A stretch of 64,000 bases of DNA, taken from positions 357,629-421,628 of the forward strand of contig JBAYJK010000001.1 in the NCBI GenBank assembly GCA_041665145.1, given 5' to 3'. Origin of the DNA: Patescibacteria group bacterium. GTDB lineage: Bacteria; Patescibacteriota; Microgenomatia; UBA1406. Each line of letters opens with the position of its first letter. Position 1 is the stretch's first letter. The position numbers and the translations under genes were made by a program. Below are positions 27,554-37,349 of this stretch, piece by piece. Under the pieces are notes generated by a model that searched no databases, had not been told where the DNA came from, and was given only the letters and a program-made list of their open reading frames with translations.

Positions 27554-28249
27554 ATGAGACATGCAACACGTTTTAGAAAAACAGTGATAGTTTACGTAGC
27601 CATATTCGTGTTTCTTGTGTATTTGTTTTTTCGGTACGGTCTGCAACTTTTTATTGACACTGCGTTTTACTTATCAGGATCAAAACATAATACGACCGTA
27701 TCAACACAAAGCGGTAAGAATCAGAAATCCTCGATAAACGTCGATCCGATGCTTATGGATGTGCCGCATGCCACGAACGAAGCAACATTAACACTTCAGG
27801 GAAGAGCTAATTCCGGAAGCAAGATATATCTGTATCAGAATAATCAGCGGGTGGATACTACCGTCTCGGACTACGAAGGAAATCTTCAGTTTATCGTTAC
27901 CCTGAATGCAGGAGAAAATGACCTGTATATAAAAAGTATTGACGAAACTACGAAAAAGGGGTCGGATTCACCCGTATATCAGCTTCAATACCTGAATAAG
28001 GAACCGGAGCTGGAAGTCGATGAACCGACAGACGGAAAGCGCGTGTATCAATCAGACATCACGATAAACGGAAAAACAGACCGGGAAGTGTTTGTGACCA
28101 TTAATGGCGCTACTATCGTCGTGAGAGCAGATGGAACTTTTTCGCATCCATTCATGCTACAGAAAGGCGATAATACTCTCAATATAACAGCCGTTGATGT
28201 CGCTGGGAATAAGTCAGAGAGAAGTTTGAAAGTTACTTACGTTCAGTGA
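27554..28249 (+). CDS. Membrane-anchored protein with two Ig-like beta-sandwich repeats
   Basis: TM helix VIVYVAIFVFLVYLFF. Repeats resemble LQGRANSGSKIYLYQNNQRV...GENDLYIKSID and INGKTDREVFVTINGATIVVRADGTF...GDNTLNITAVDVAGN. ATG 27554 is used because the listed start 27491 lies inside tRNA-Thr. Confidence 0.55.
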   Translation: MRHATRFRKTVIVYVAIFVFLVYLFFRYGLQLFIDTAFYLSGSKHNTTVSTQSGKNQKSSINVDPMLMDVPHATNEATLTLQGRANSGSKIYLYQNNQRVDTTVSDYEGNLQFIVTLNAGENDLYIKSIDETTKKGSDSPVYQLQYLNKEPELEVDEPTDGKRVYQSDITINGKTDREVFVTINGATIVVRADGTFSHPFMLQKGDNTLNITAVDVAGNKSERSLKVTYVQ

Positions 28250-29366
28250 GTTTATATACGAGCATAAAATACAGGAATACGGTCGGTGTTAAAAAGCTGT
28301 TGGTAGAAAACGAGTGAATGAAGTAGGCAATTGTCAATGCAGTATGCAACGGACTGTTGATTCGAAGTAAACCCGCGATTACCGAAAAGTAACCCAAAAT
28401 TCCCAAAATCCCCGAAGTGACAAACAGTGTTAACACTGTGCTGTCCAGGCCATAAAAGCTGTTATCAGGTATTTTAATGGACGCTGCGGTCGGGCGGATT
28501 GTCGGCTTGTATAGTTGACTATTGTTAAACCCTATCCCAATCAACGGATTTTGGCGCCACAATCCCACTCCCAACTGCCACGCTTCAGTTTTTGCAACAA
28601 TACTATTTGTACGGAATAATTTGTTGCCTTCACCCAATTGTTTTGGAATAAAAACGAGCACCGATCCCACGATGGTTGCACATAGAAATAACATTTTGTA
28701 TGAAATCCGTTTTCCGATAAAAATAATTCCTACTCCGACAATAAGACTTAATATGCTGATGCGGGAAAACGTTAACGCAAGCGTTATGAGGGCTGCTCCG
28801 AGCATTAGAATCCGCACGGGACTTTTCGGGATGTGTATTAATAATAAAACAATAAAAACAAGCACCAAGCCCAAAAGATTTGGGTCCAAAAACAAGCCGA
28901 CAGCACGATAGTAATGCGAGTCATAACCCAGATAGAACAAATTCTGAATTGCCGGGTACAGGTAGTACTGAAAAACAGCAGAACAGATCAGAATGGCGCT
29001 GCCAATTTGCAATATTGTCAGCGTTTTTTTTCTGTTTATTGTTTTCATTAAACTGTCTAAGATAAGGGGTATCTGCAAATAGAGAATTGTTCTGAAAAGG
29101 TAGAGAGCAGACGACACCGTGCTGTTGTGAAACGACCATAAGTTGCTGACGATCAATATACCCGTGAAAAGCAAGACTGATTTATTCTTCTTGAGGGCGT
29201 CTTTGTAATCTGTATGTTTAAAGACAACGGTAAGGAAAAATAGGATGCCGACAAAGACATCAAGAACACGTAGAGCTGCATGAAACATCCAGGGAAACCG
29301 AAGCATTTCTCCAAATGGCAGAAATGCCACGAGTGAGTATAGGACTAAGTTAATGATTATGGTCAT
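28233..29366 (-). CDS. O-antigen ligase/polymerase-like (Wzy_C family) membrane protein
   Basis: 377 aa, more than 10 TM helices, with a central loop containing the TFSRISILSLIVG-type motif of the family. Confidence 0.6.
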   Translation of the reverse strand: MTIIINLVLYSLVAFLPFGEMLRFPWMFHAALRVLDVFVGILFFLTVVFKHTDYKDALKKNKSVLLFTGILIVSNLWSFHNSTVSSALYLFRTILYLQIPLILDSLMKTINRKKTLTILQIGSAILICSAVFQYYLYPAIQNLFYLGYDSHYYRAVGLFLDPNLLGLVLVFIVLLLIHIPKSPVRILMLGAALITLALTFSRISILSLIVGVGIIFIGKRISYKMLFLCATIVGSVLVFIPKQLGEGNKLFRTNSIVAKTEAWQLGVGLWRQNPLIGIGFNNSQLYKPTIRPTAASIKIPDNSFYGLDSTVLTLFVTSGILGILGYFSVIAGLLRINSPLHTALTIAYFIHSFSTNSFLTPTVFLYFMLVYKLTERK

Positions 29367-30102
29367 TGCTGAGTAAGTAGAGTTTGCTGCGGGTGAGGAA
29401 GGAGTGAAAACTCATCATAAAGCTGTATACAAACCCTGCGGGTCCATCGAGAAATCCTCTCCTCAGCAGATAGGTATATAAAAATTTTCCGATCGGGGTG
29501 ACGACAATGTCTAAAGCCGATGTCTGTTTGCCGCTATCAAAAAAGTAACGCGCGTTGAGGGTGGAGTATGTGTTTATTTTATTCAGAAATTCGCCAATTG
29601 TTTGATGCGGATAATGAAACAGAGGACTTGCCAATTTTTGTATTGTATTTGCCGACTTCCATACTTCGTGTACAGGGCGCATGAAACTTCCGGACTTTCT
29701 GTGAACAAGGCGTACAAAACGCGCGTGGTATACTTCTCCAAATCTTATTTCATGATTCCAGAAAAAATCAATACGTTTGAGCGCGTAATCAATTGCAACT
29801 TTGTCCTCAGGCAGGTCAATTATCTCATTTGCCAATTCTTTGGATACCCGCTCGTCCGCATCAAGATAGAGTATCCAGTCGTTTTGAGTAAGTTTTGCAG
29901 CAAAGTTACGCCTCTCAGCAAAATCATTCTTACCTTTATACTGTATTACTTTTGCATTCTGTTTACGGGCTATTGCTGCGGTTTTGTCTGTCGAAAAATC
30001 ATCGAGAACAATAATTTCATCTGCAAAACGCGCACTGTCAATTGCGTCAGCAATATTTTTCTCCTCATTTTTTGCGAGTATGACGACTGAAATATGTTTC
30101 AT
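29350..30102 (-). CDS. Glycosyltransferase family 2
   Basis: VVILAKNEEKNIADAIDS...IIVLDDFSTDKT and LDADE (DxD). Confidence 0.8.
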   Translation of the reverse strand: MKHISVVILAKNEEKNIADAIDSARFADEIIVLDDFSTDKTAAIARKQNAKVIQYKGKNDFAERRNFAAKLTQNDWILYLDADERVSKELANEIIDLPEDKVAIDYALKRIDFFWNHEIRFGEVYHARFVRLVHRKSGSFMRPVHEVWKSANTIQKLASPLFHYPHQTIGEFLNKINTYSTLNARYFFDSGKQTSALDIVVTPIGKFLYTYLLRRGFLDGPAGFVYSFMMSFHSFLTRSKLYLLSNDHNH

Positions 30103-31198
30103 ACAGTTTTAGTAGTTTGGATGCAAATATTTCACGGTTAAAATGCTTTACTGCACGATCTCTTCCTATTGTACCAAGTTTTTGACTTAGCGACTGATCC
30201 TCAATGAGAGTGATCAGTGAGTGTGCTATCTCTGTGCTGCTTTTTTCGGTGACATATAATCCCGCATTACCGACAATCTCGCCAATCGCACCCGAACGGG
30301 TTGTGACTATGGGTAATCCGGCGGACATTCCTTCAAGCAAGGCCATACCATATTGCTCTTCCCATGTTTTTGTTGTCACGGAGGGCAGCACAAAAATGTC
30401 TGCTTGTTGATATATTCCCGGCATGTTTTCATATGAAACTTTTTCAAATATTACGTGTTCTGTTATCTTGTGCTTGGTAGCAAATTCCCGTAGTGACTTT
30501 TCTTCAGGCCCGGAGCCCACGAGTCGCAACTTATAATCGGGATGAGTTTTGAGCACTTGTACGAATGCCTGCAGAACACTAAAGGGATCTTTCTCGGGAA
30601 CAAGTCTGCCGACAAATAGTATCTCTTTGGACGAGTGTGAACCGGGTATAAACAATTCCGTATCGATTCCGAGGCTCAAATGATGAATTTTGCTTGCCGG
30701 AATTTCTTCTTGAATCAGCGACTTCCATGCTTTCTTGGAGTAAGTAAGAAACACGTCTGTTTTGTTCATAACAAACCTTTTCAGCCGCTGTTTAACCGAG
30801 GTTGCTTCATTGTTGAACGGGATTGTTTCCCAGACGGAAGATATAAGCAATTTTTCGGGGAATTTTATTTTTACCTGTGCAGCTTGATAACTGTAATAAT
30901 AATACGGGTCGGCAGTATGAAGAATATCGAATTTTTCAAGTTGATGCTCAAGACCGAACAGGAGGTGCATGTCGCCGATACTACGGTTGCAAACATACTT
31001 AACATATCTATGTATCATGGGTATATCGGCAGGCGACAATAGCCCGATATGCGGTAAGTCGTGTGGAGTGTCGAGCGGCAACAAAGAGGAAAAAACCATG
31101 GTGTTTACATGGGTGCTCAGAGGTGAATAATTCTGCAGCTCATATCGGTTGGAGTACTTGCCTCTGATAAGAGCTATAGACGGTTTATTAAGACTCAT
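30065..31198 (-). CDS. Glycosyltransferase family 4 (GT-B, group 1)
   Basis: C-terminal EEQYGMALLEGMSAGLPIVTTRSGAIGEIV (E-x7-E). Confidence 0.8.
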   Translation of the reverse strand: MSLNKPSIALIRGKYSNRYELQNYSPLSTHVNTMVFSSLLPLDTPHDLPHIGLLSPADIPMIHRYVKYVCNRSIGDMHLLFGLEHQLEKFDILHTADPYYYYSYQAAQVKIKFPEKLLISSVWETIPFNNEATSVKQRLKRFVMNKTDVFLTYSKKAWKSLIQEEIPASKIHHLSLGIDTELFIPGSHSSKEILFVGRLVPEKDPFSVLQAFVQVLKTHPDYKLRLVGSGPEEKSLREFATKHKITEHVIFEKVSYENMPGIYQQADIFVLPSVTTKTWEEQYGMALLEGMSAGLPIVTTRSGAIGEIVGNAGLYVTEKSSTEIAHSLITLIEDQSLSQKLGTIGRDRAVKHFNREIFASKLLKLYETYFSRHTRKK

Positions 31199-32219
31199 AT
31201 AATTTAATTACTCTGCGGGCATAATTATCCCAGTCAAATTCTTTTTTTAATTGTGCCACATTAACAATCTTCGGTTGGCTGATTGAATGGGCGATGTGTT
31301 GAGCAAAAATTTGGGGTTTCTTTTCCGAAATGGTGACATACTCACTGAGCTCCGGAATTACGGCCTCAGGAGTGGCTACTACCGGTGTGTTTTGTGATGC
31401 GGCTTCGATAATCGGTAAGTTAAAACTTTCGTACAACGAAGCGCTTACCACGCAGTGAGCTTCAGCAAAATACTGGTGTAATTCCGATATGCTTTTTGTG
31501 TGACTGATGGGTAAAATTTTGTGGGACATGTTTCTCGGAATCGAAATAGTAGAGGGGTCAACGCCGACGAGTAAAAACTTGTACGAGGCATAACCCGGAA
31601 TTTTCAACAACTCGGTGAACGAGGATATCAAGAATGGAATGTCCTTAATTTTGTGATTCATACCGACGAATAATATAAAGTTTTTTCTTTTGTATTTTCT
31701 GTTATCCGTTAGAAATTCAGTTGGAATACCAAATGGTTGAACGATTACCTTATCCTCTACCCCATATATGTCGTTAAAGTGAGTTTTAACACGAGAGGAC
31801 GACACAATAATCTTTTCCGACCGGGACATAAGTTTTTTGATCTGACTACCCATCTTTCCTGCACTGTCCGGGTAAAGTTCCGGGAACTTAAGAAAAGACA
31901 AACCATGGTTAAAGGCAATTACCCGCGCGCGAGTGAATAATGGGAGCGCCTGGTTCAGGGCCAGAAAGACATCCGGATTTTTCATAAGCCCTTCCAAGGT
32001 TATGCGAACACTCATAAATCCACGCGCGGGTGTTATTTTCTTTACTTCAAAGTTTGCGGGTAATTTTATTGAAACATCGTTCAGCGCATATATCGTATAT
32101 GCGTTCGTGCGGTCAATGTTACCGAGTGCAGTGATAAGTTCTTTGGCAAACGTAAAATTGCCGAATTGTTTCGCACTGTCCGGAACTAATGCTCCACCGT
32201 CAATTGCGACGCGGTACAT
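31188..32219 (-). CDS. Glycosyltransferase family 4 (GT-B, group 1)
   Basis: YESFNLPIIEAASQNTPVVATPEAVIPE motif. Confidence 0.75.
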   Translation of the reverse strand: MYRVAIDGGALVPDSAKQFGNFTFAKELITALGNIDRTNAYTIYALNDVSIKLPANFEVKKITPARGFMSVRITLEGLMKNPDVFLALNQALPLFTRARVIAFNHGLSFLKFPELYPDSAGKMGSQIKKLMSRSEKIIVSSSRVKTHFNDIYGVEDKVIVQPFGIPTEFLTDNRKYKRKNFILFVGMNHKIKDIPFLISSFTELLKIPGYASYKFLLVGVDPSTISIPRNMSHKILPISHTKSISELHQYFAEAHCVVSASLYESFNLPIIEAASQNTPVVATPEAVIPELSEYVTISEKKPQIFAQHIAHSISQPKIVNVAQLKKEFDWDNYARRVIKLYES

Positions 32220-33432
32220 GTGAAATGTTGCAGAACAAATAACAGGCGAGCGAAAGCGTTTGTATTACTTCGCCGACTACCAGTACAATTGTCGGCGCAA
32301 AATAGCTGTATTGAGGTATATACAAAGTGTTAACAATAACATGCAAAACTGCTTGAAACGCAAAAAATAAAACAATGTATTTTTCTTTACTCATAGCATA
32401 GAGTGCGTTCAACCACAATGATGTAAATAGAATTGACGGAAGCGCAAGAATGAGAAGATTCAGAATGGGAATCGCAACTTGATATTTTGACGAGAAAAAA
32501 AGTCGAATAAGTGGCCCTCCAACAATAACAGTCGCAGAGACAGCACTAATTGAAACAATGGTCAGAAATATGAAGTCCGACTTGATTTTTCGGTAGAACA
32601 TCGGTAAATCCTCTTTAAAATATTTGGTTAATGACGGCAAAGAAGCAATGTTGTAACTCGATACCAGCATTAATGATGCCTCGAAAAAGTTAAATGCCGC
32701 AGCATATTCGGCAAGACTTGTTTTACCGCCGAATTTTGCCAGAAGCAAAAAATCACTGCGCGAAGGCAACGAGGCAAAGAAACCAATAAGAGAAAAAACA
32801 AATGATCGTTTGATAAGTCTTTTTACTTCGGCAGCATTCCATGTGAGCGAGAGTGGAAAAAAGTAACGGTGCGTCACAATAAGCAAAACAACAGCATATA
32901 GACCATATATAAGTGTTGTAATAAAAAGCATTATGTAAACATTTTTCGTAGATAATAGCGTAAGAATGCTGAATGCAACAAGGACAAAGTTAAATAGAAT
33001 TGAAAGAACAGAAGTTACCGTTAGTCGTTGCTTAATGGAAGTAATGATGAGAAAAAACCCGCTTACGGCATTGCTAAATATAACCGCTGAAAAGCACAAA
33101 ATAATTAGTAGCGTTGTGGGTGGATACCTGAATAGTAAGGCGAGGATAATTGTACCCAGACTTACCGCCAACGCAAGGAACAGTCGAAGAACAAGTAGGC
33201 TATGCAGGGAAGAATTATTATTCTTGTCTGTCTGAAGCATCCCTACAGAAGTAGTTCCCAGATCCTGCCACGAAGCTAGTATTCCAACATGAGCCCAAAT
33301 AAGTGTATATGTTCCATAGTCTGACTGGGAAACAAGTCGCACCAGTGCTACGACAAAAACAAAACTGAATACTTTATTAATAAATGCGGATACATTTAGA
33401 GCACTAAAGTTTATGAGAAATTTTTTTTCCAT
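32200..33432 (-). CDS. Polysaccharide flippase (Wzx/MOP superfamily)
   Basis: 410 aa, about 12 TM helices, in glycan cluster context. Confidence 0.65.
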   Translation of the reverse strand: MEKKFLINFSALNVSAFINKVFSFVFVVALVRLVSQSDYGTYTLIWAHVGILASWQDLGTTSVGMLQTDKNNNSSLHSLLVLRLFLALAVSLGTIILALLFRYPPTTLLIILCFSAVIFSNAVSGFFLIITSIKQRLTVTSVLSILFNFVLVAFSILTLLSTKNVYIMLFITTLIYGLYAVVLLIVTHRYFFPLSLTWNAAEVKRLIKRSFVFSLIGFFASLPSRSDFLLLAKFGGKTSLAEYAAAFNFFEASLMLVSSYNIASLPSLTKYFKEDLPMFYRKIKSDFIFLTIVSISAVSATVIVGGPLIRLFFSSKYQVAIPILNLLILALPSILFTSLWLNALYAMSKEKYIVLFFAFQAVLHVIVNTLYIPQYSYFAPTIVLVVGEVIQTLSLACYLFCNISHVPRRN

Positions 33433-34183
33433 GGATAAAATCTTTATATGCCTCTAATTGTAACGAATTTGCCGGCGTTGCGGATCTCATTAATTTCACG
33501 ATAACAAAAGGCGTACGGAGTAACTCTCTTACTTTTTTAACTAGCGACCCCTGCGAAAAAAGAAAGCGAAGCCTGTTATATGCAAGGTAGTATGATTTTT
33601 TGTCACTGGTGCGTGAAGTCTCTTCATGCTCGTAAGAAATGTTTGTTGAAATCCCCACTTTGAGACCCATTTGTATCGCAGTGGTGCAATAGTCAACGTC
33701 TTCGTAATACATGAAATATTTCTCGGGCAGGTAACCGATTGTATCGAACGCTTTCCTCGTAATGCACATGAAAGAACCCGAAACAAAATCGCACGAAACG
33801 TGTTTCTGTACTCGTGTACTTTCTTGCAGTCCTCCCGCCATGCTCCAATAATCAATAACTCCTCCGTAGTAGCGTCGCTTTTGTTGGATCATAACGCCGC
33901 CAAAAATGTCGTAACTCTTGATAGCGCTTATCAGACTCTTTTCTGAGCAATTGAGTGAATGTATATCAAGATTGCAGACGATTATTAAATCAAAATATTT
34001 TTTCAGTGCCTGTCGCATCCCGGTATTAACACCACCGGCGAAGCCCCGGTTATTATATGTGTTATCGATGCAATAAAAATCGAAAACCAATCTATTATTA
34101 GTGAATTCCGCTTTCAACTTATCAACCAATGACTGCGGATTTCGATATCTGACGCAAATTACGGCAATGTGCAGTTTACTCAT
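33404..34183 (-). CDS. Glycosyltransferase family 2 (rhamnosyltransferase-like)
   Basis: IAVICVRYRN...CIDNTYNNRGFAGGVNTG pattern and YEDVDY. Confidence 0.7.
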   Translation of the reverse strand: MSKLHIAVICVRYRNPQSLVDKLKAEFTNNRLVFDFYCIDNTYNNRGFAGGVNTGMRQALKKYFDLIIVCNLDIHSLNCSEKSLISAIKSYDIFGGVMIQQKRRYYGGVIDYWSMAGGLQESTRVQKHVSCDFVSGSFMCITRKAFDTIGYLPEKYFMYYEDVDYCTTAIQMGLKVGISTNISYEHEETSRTSDKKSYYLAYNRLRFLFSQGSLVKKVRELLRTPFVIVKLMRSATPANSLQLEAYKDFIHGKKISHKL

Positions 34184-34934
34184 GTTTTTTTGTCATACGC
34201 CGCACTGACAGTGCGAAATAAGTAAGAAATTCCATATACGCAAAACCGCCGTCAAGAATGATTCTTGATATACCGTCTTTGTAGCCTTTATCTTTGACGA
34301 AACGTGCCCAGAACATGTGAAGCGGATACAGAAAAATCTTTCTTACGCCTCCGTTCTCATTGTGTTTAAACTTGCTCTCTGCATCACGTAATGCGTAGTC
34401 GGTAAACTTCGAAAACATTTGTTTTAAAGACCGGTATGAATAATGATTTATTTTGTGCGCAGTCGTCGCGGTTCTTGCAGTGAGGGGAATAAATGCTTCA
34501 TGGACAGCGCTAGCGTGGATAACAACTTTCGACTTATCAAAAAAAACTAGTTTTTTATAGTTTTCTCCGCCGTAATGTAACGGCTTGCCGAACAAGTGGG
34601 TCTGAAACGGTACATAAAAGGCGTCGAATTGCGGATTTCTCAAAATCCGCTCCAATTCTTGACCAAATTTCTCGGTCACCGTCTCATCGCTGTCAAGCAC
34701 GAGTACCCACCGGTAACTGGTTAGAGAAACCGCGTATGCTTTTTGTTTGCCGAAATCTTTTTCGTGATGCGAAACGACACGCGCTCCACATTCTTCTGCA
34801 ATTTTCACTGTTTGGTCTGTTGAACCATCATCAACCACAAGTAACTCATCGGCTACTGTCTGTACGGAACGCAGGGTATTGCGGATGGTTTCCGCTGCAT
34901 TTTTAGTTATTATTGCAACCGAGAGTTTAGACAT
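34176..34934 (-). CDS. Glycosyltransferase family 2
   Basis: LSVAIITKNAAETIRNTL...LLVVDDGSTDQT and LDSDE. ATG 34934 (AGGA 5 nt upstream) preferred over the listed 34958. Confidence 0.8.
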   Translation of the reverse strand: MSKLSVAIITKNAAETIRNTLRSVQTVADELLVVDDGSTDQTVKIAEECGARVVSHHEKDFGKQKAYAVSLTSYRWVLVLDSDETVTEKFGQELERILRNPQFDAFYVPFQTHLFGKPLHYGGENYKKLVFFDKSKVVIHASAVHEAFIPLTARTATTAHKINHYSYRSLKQMFSKFTDYALRDAESKFKHNENGGVRKIFLYPLHMFWARFVKDKGYKDGISRIILDGGFAYMEFLTYFALSVRRMTKKHE

Positions 34935-35072
34935 AGTCCTCATATTATACTGCATCACTGGTACTAGTGTTATGACAATCAGGGTACTTTAAGCTTTTCC
35001 AACGGGATGTTGTTCATCAAATGAGGAATATAAGCAGTGGTTGTCATGCATGCTATTTCGTAAAGTGTAACG

Positions 35073-35972
35073 GTGGCACGGTGTCTAGTATGTCAAAGCT
35101 ATGAGACAAAAGCGTATGCTAAAAAAAACAATTATCGGTACTATTCTTGTGGTAACTGCGGCTCTATTTTTTTGTTTCCACCTCCTTCGCAACGTGTGAC
35201 TGCAACTTACTACAGAGAACTTCCGGTGCCTGATGATTCTTATGAAAGCAGCAGAATTCGGAGTAGAGCCGGGCATGTGGTTCAGGTATGCCGTGCTCTC
35301 AAAATAGATGCAAAAAGACTTATTGATATCGGATGCGGCAAAGGTATTCTACTGAATGAGGCGCGGTTACAGGGTCTTGAAACAACAGGAATTGAACTTT
35401 CCAGAGAGAGTTGCGAGTTTGCGAGAAAACATTATGCTCTGACGGTATTGCAAAGCAATTTCCCTTCATTCAAAACAAAGCGACTTTACAATCAAGCGGA
35501 CGTGGTTGTATTGTCTCATGTATTGGAACATATCCTGTACCCCGCTGTTTTTTTACGTGAGGCTGCCAAGTGTTTATCCAGAAAAGGTCTGTTAATAATA
35601 GAAACCCCGAATGTTGACAGTTGGCTGAATATGTTCGAGAAAAATAACTTTACCTTTCTAACACCGCCAGAGCATGTGTGTTTGTATTCAATAAAAAGCA
35701 TTCTTGTATTGCTGAACGTTGTTGATGTGAATGTAAGAATTGTGAAAAAAGAAACATTTACGGAACCGGAGCATGGTATGGGAATAATCAAACGAATGCT
35801 GCATTCTGACAACCCGACAAGCAATTCAGCTTCAGGAAGTCCCCAACACCCGGCTATCAAAAATCTCAAGACCGGTTTATTTGATAAATGGTTGATTAAA
35901 TTTCTTGTTCCGTTTTTTAATATCGGAAATAAGGGAAGTATATTGCGAGTATATATCCAGAAGAAATCCTGA
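35073..35972 (+). CDS. Class I SAM-dependent methyltransferase with N-terminal zinc-ribbon
   Basis: CLVCQS...CGNCGS, then SAM motif I LIDIGCGKGILL. GTG start. Confidence 0.8.
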   Translation: MARCLVCQSYETKAYAKKNNYRYYSCGNCGSIFLFPPPSQRVTATYYRELPVPDDSYESSRIRSRAGHVVQVCRALKIDAKRLIDIGCGKGILLNEARLQGLETTGIELSRESCEFARKHYALTVLQSNFPSFKTKRLYNQADVVVLSHVLEHILYPAVFLREAAKCLSRKGLLIIETPNVDSWLNMFEKNNFTFLTPPEHVCLYSIKSILVLLNVVDVNVRIVKKETFTEPEHGMGIIKRMLHSDNPTSNSASGSPQHPAIKNLKTGLFDKWLIKFLVPFFNIGNKGSILRVYIQKKS

Positions 35973-35992
35973 AGTAGTTATATACTATACGT

Positions 35993-36169
35993 ATGGCACA
36001 AGATAACGTAATTGTTTCAGTTGTTTCGATTGGTGCTATTCTGGTGTTCATTCTGTTTGCGTTGCGGTTTTTGTTTGGTGGTTCTGAGGATTCTTGGATA
36101 TGTGCGAACGGTGAATGGTTGCGACACGGCAATCCTACTATTTCAAAACCCGTTGAACCCTGCAACTAA
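35993..36169 (+). CDS. Small single-pass membrane protein (58 aa), hypothetical
   Basis: Not in the ORF track. Hand translation: MAQDNVIVSVVSIGAILVFILFALRFLFGGSEDSWICANGEWLRHGNPTISKPVEPCN. TATACT (35981-35986) lies exactly 6 nt before the ATG. Confidence 0.45.
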   Translation: MAQDNVIVSVVSIGAILVFILFALRFLFGGSEDSWICANGEWLRHGNPTISKPVEPCN

Positions 36170-36200
36170 CCGGACCTGGTATGTTAAAATATACTCGTAC

Positions 36201-36274
<74 letters not shown>

Positions 36275-36317
36275 CATTAGAGATTTTTAACGAGTACTCG
36301 AATTTAAAAACGTATCG

Positions 36318-37349
36318 CTATGCTTCTTTAAGTTTTTCCCCGATAGCCAGAAGCACATAGATAGTCAGTAGTGAAGATCCTCCATAGGATATAAATGGCA
36401 GCGGAACTCCAACCACGGGTAACAGCCTCAGATTCATACCGACATTAAATATAAACTGGATAAGTATAAACGCGAAAATACCGATGTGATAGAGGGTATA
36501 TAGGTCGTTATCTTGCTGCGCCTTAGATTTTTGTAACAGAGAGCGGAGAAATAGAAAGTAAATACCCAGCAGTATCGTATCACCGAATAGTCCGAATGTT
36601 TCCGTGAATGCGGCAAACACGAAATCGGTGTGTGCTTCTGGAAGAAATGATAACTTTGATTGTGAAGAGTGCAAAAATCCTTTCCCAAAAATTCCACCCG
36701 AACCGATTGCTATTTCGGCTTGAAATGAATTGTAATTCACCCCGTATTGATCATACTGCGGGTTCAGAAATGAAATGATCCTGTTTTTTTGATACGTTTT
36801 GAGAAATCGAGGTGCCATAATCACAATCGGCATGGCGAGCAGAAGTAACAGTATCAAATGACGCGCTTTCATTCGGGCAGCTATGAGAACGGCCATGAGA
36901 GTTGCGAATAACACGAGTGCTGTTCCGAGATCCGGTTGCTTGAATACTAGAAAAAGCGGAATGCCAGCAAGAAGCAATATCCGCACAACATTACCAAACT
37001 TCCTGGGTTTCAGAATAGTAAGCAACATAACAAGTGTTAAGAGAAAAAACGGAACAAACATCATGGAAGGTTGTAATCCGAAAGTACCGATAAAAAACCA
37101 CCTGCGTGCACCGCGAGTCATGTCTCCAAAACCCAATAAGATGATAAGGCTTATGAGACCACCGATGCTTAATGGTCTGCTTATGTTCATCAAGAACGTG
37201 GAATCGACGAATGTCGTGATCACAAAATATAGGAAAAGTCCAAATATAACAAAACCCAATTGATACAGCCCTCCTTGAACACTGAAAAGTGATTGGGTAA
37301 GTATGCCGATTACCGAAAGCGAAATGGCAAAGATGAGCGTTTTATTCAC
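36318..37349 (-). CDS. rodA: SEDS-family peptidoglycan glycosyltransferase (RodA-like)
   Basis: PEAHTDFVFAAF and PFISYGGSS motifs; second SEDS paralog in the window. Confidence 0.82.
   Translation of the reverse strand: MNKTLIFAISLSVIGILTQSLFSVQGGLYQLGFVIFGLFLYFVITTFVDSTFLMNISRPLSIGGLISLIILLGFGDMTRGARRWFFIGTFGLQPSMMFVPFFLLTLVMLLTILKPRKFGNVVRILLLAGIPLFLVFKQPDLGTALVLFATLMAVLIAARMKARHLILLLLLAMPIVIMAPRFLKTYQKNRIISFLNPQYDQYGVNYNSFQAEIAIGSGGIFGKGFLHSSQSKLSFLPEAHTDFVFAAFTETFGLFGDTILLGIYFLFLRSLLQKSKAQQDNDLYTLYHIGIFAFILIQFIFNVGMNLRLLPVVGVPLPFISYGGSSLLTIYVLLAIGEKLKEA

Noticed and set aside
36275-36317. Possible terminator hairpin between tRNA-Val and the rodA 3' end (cgagtactcg palindrome flanked by tttttaa / ttaaaaa)
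   Set aside because: The central palindrome leaves a 2-nt loop, and the outer AT pairs need a 3-nt bulge. The structure is too weak to call.
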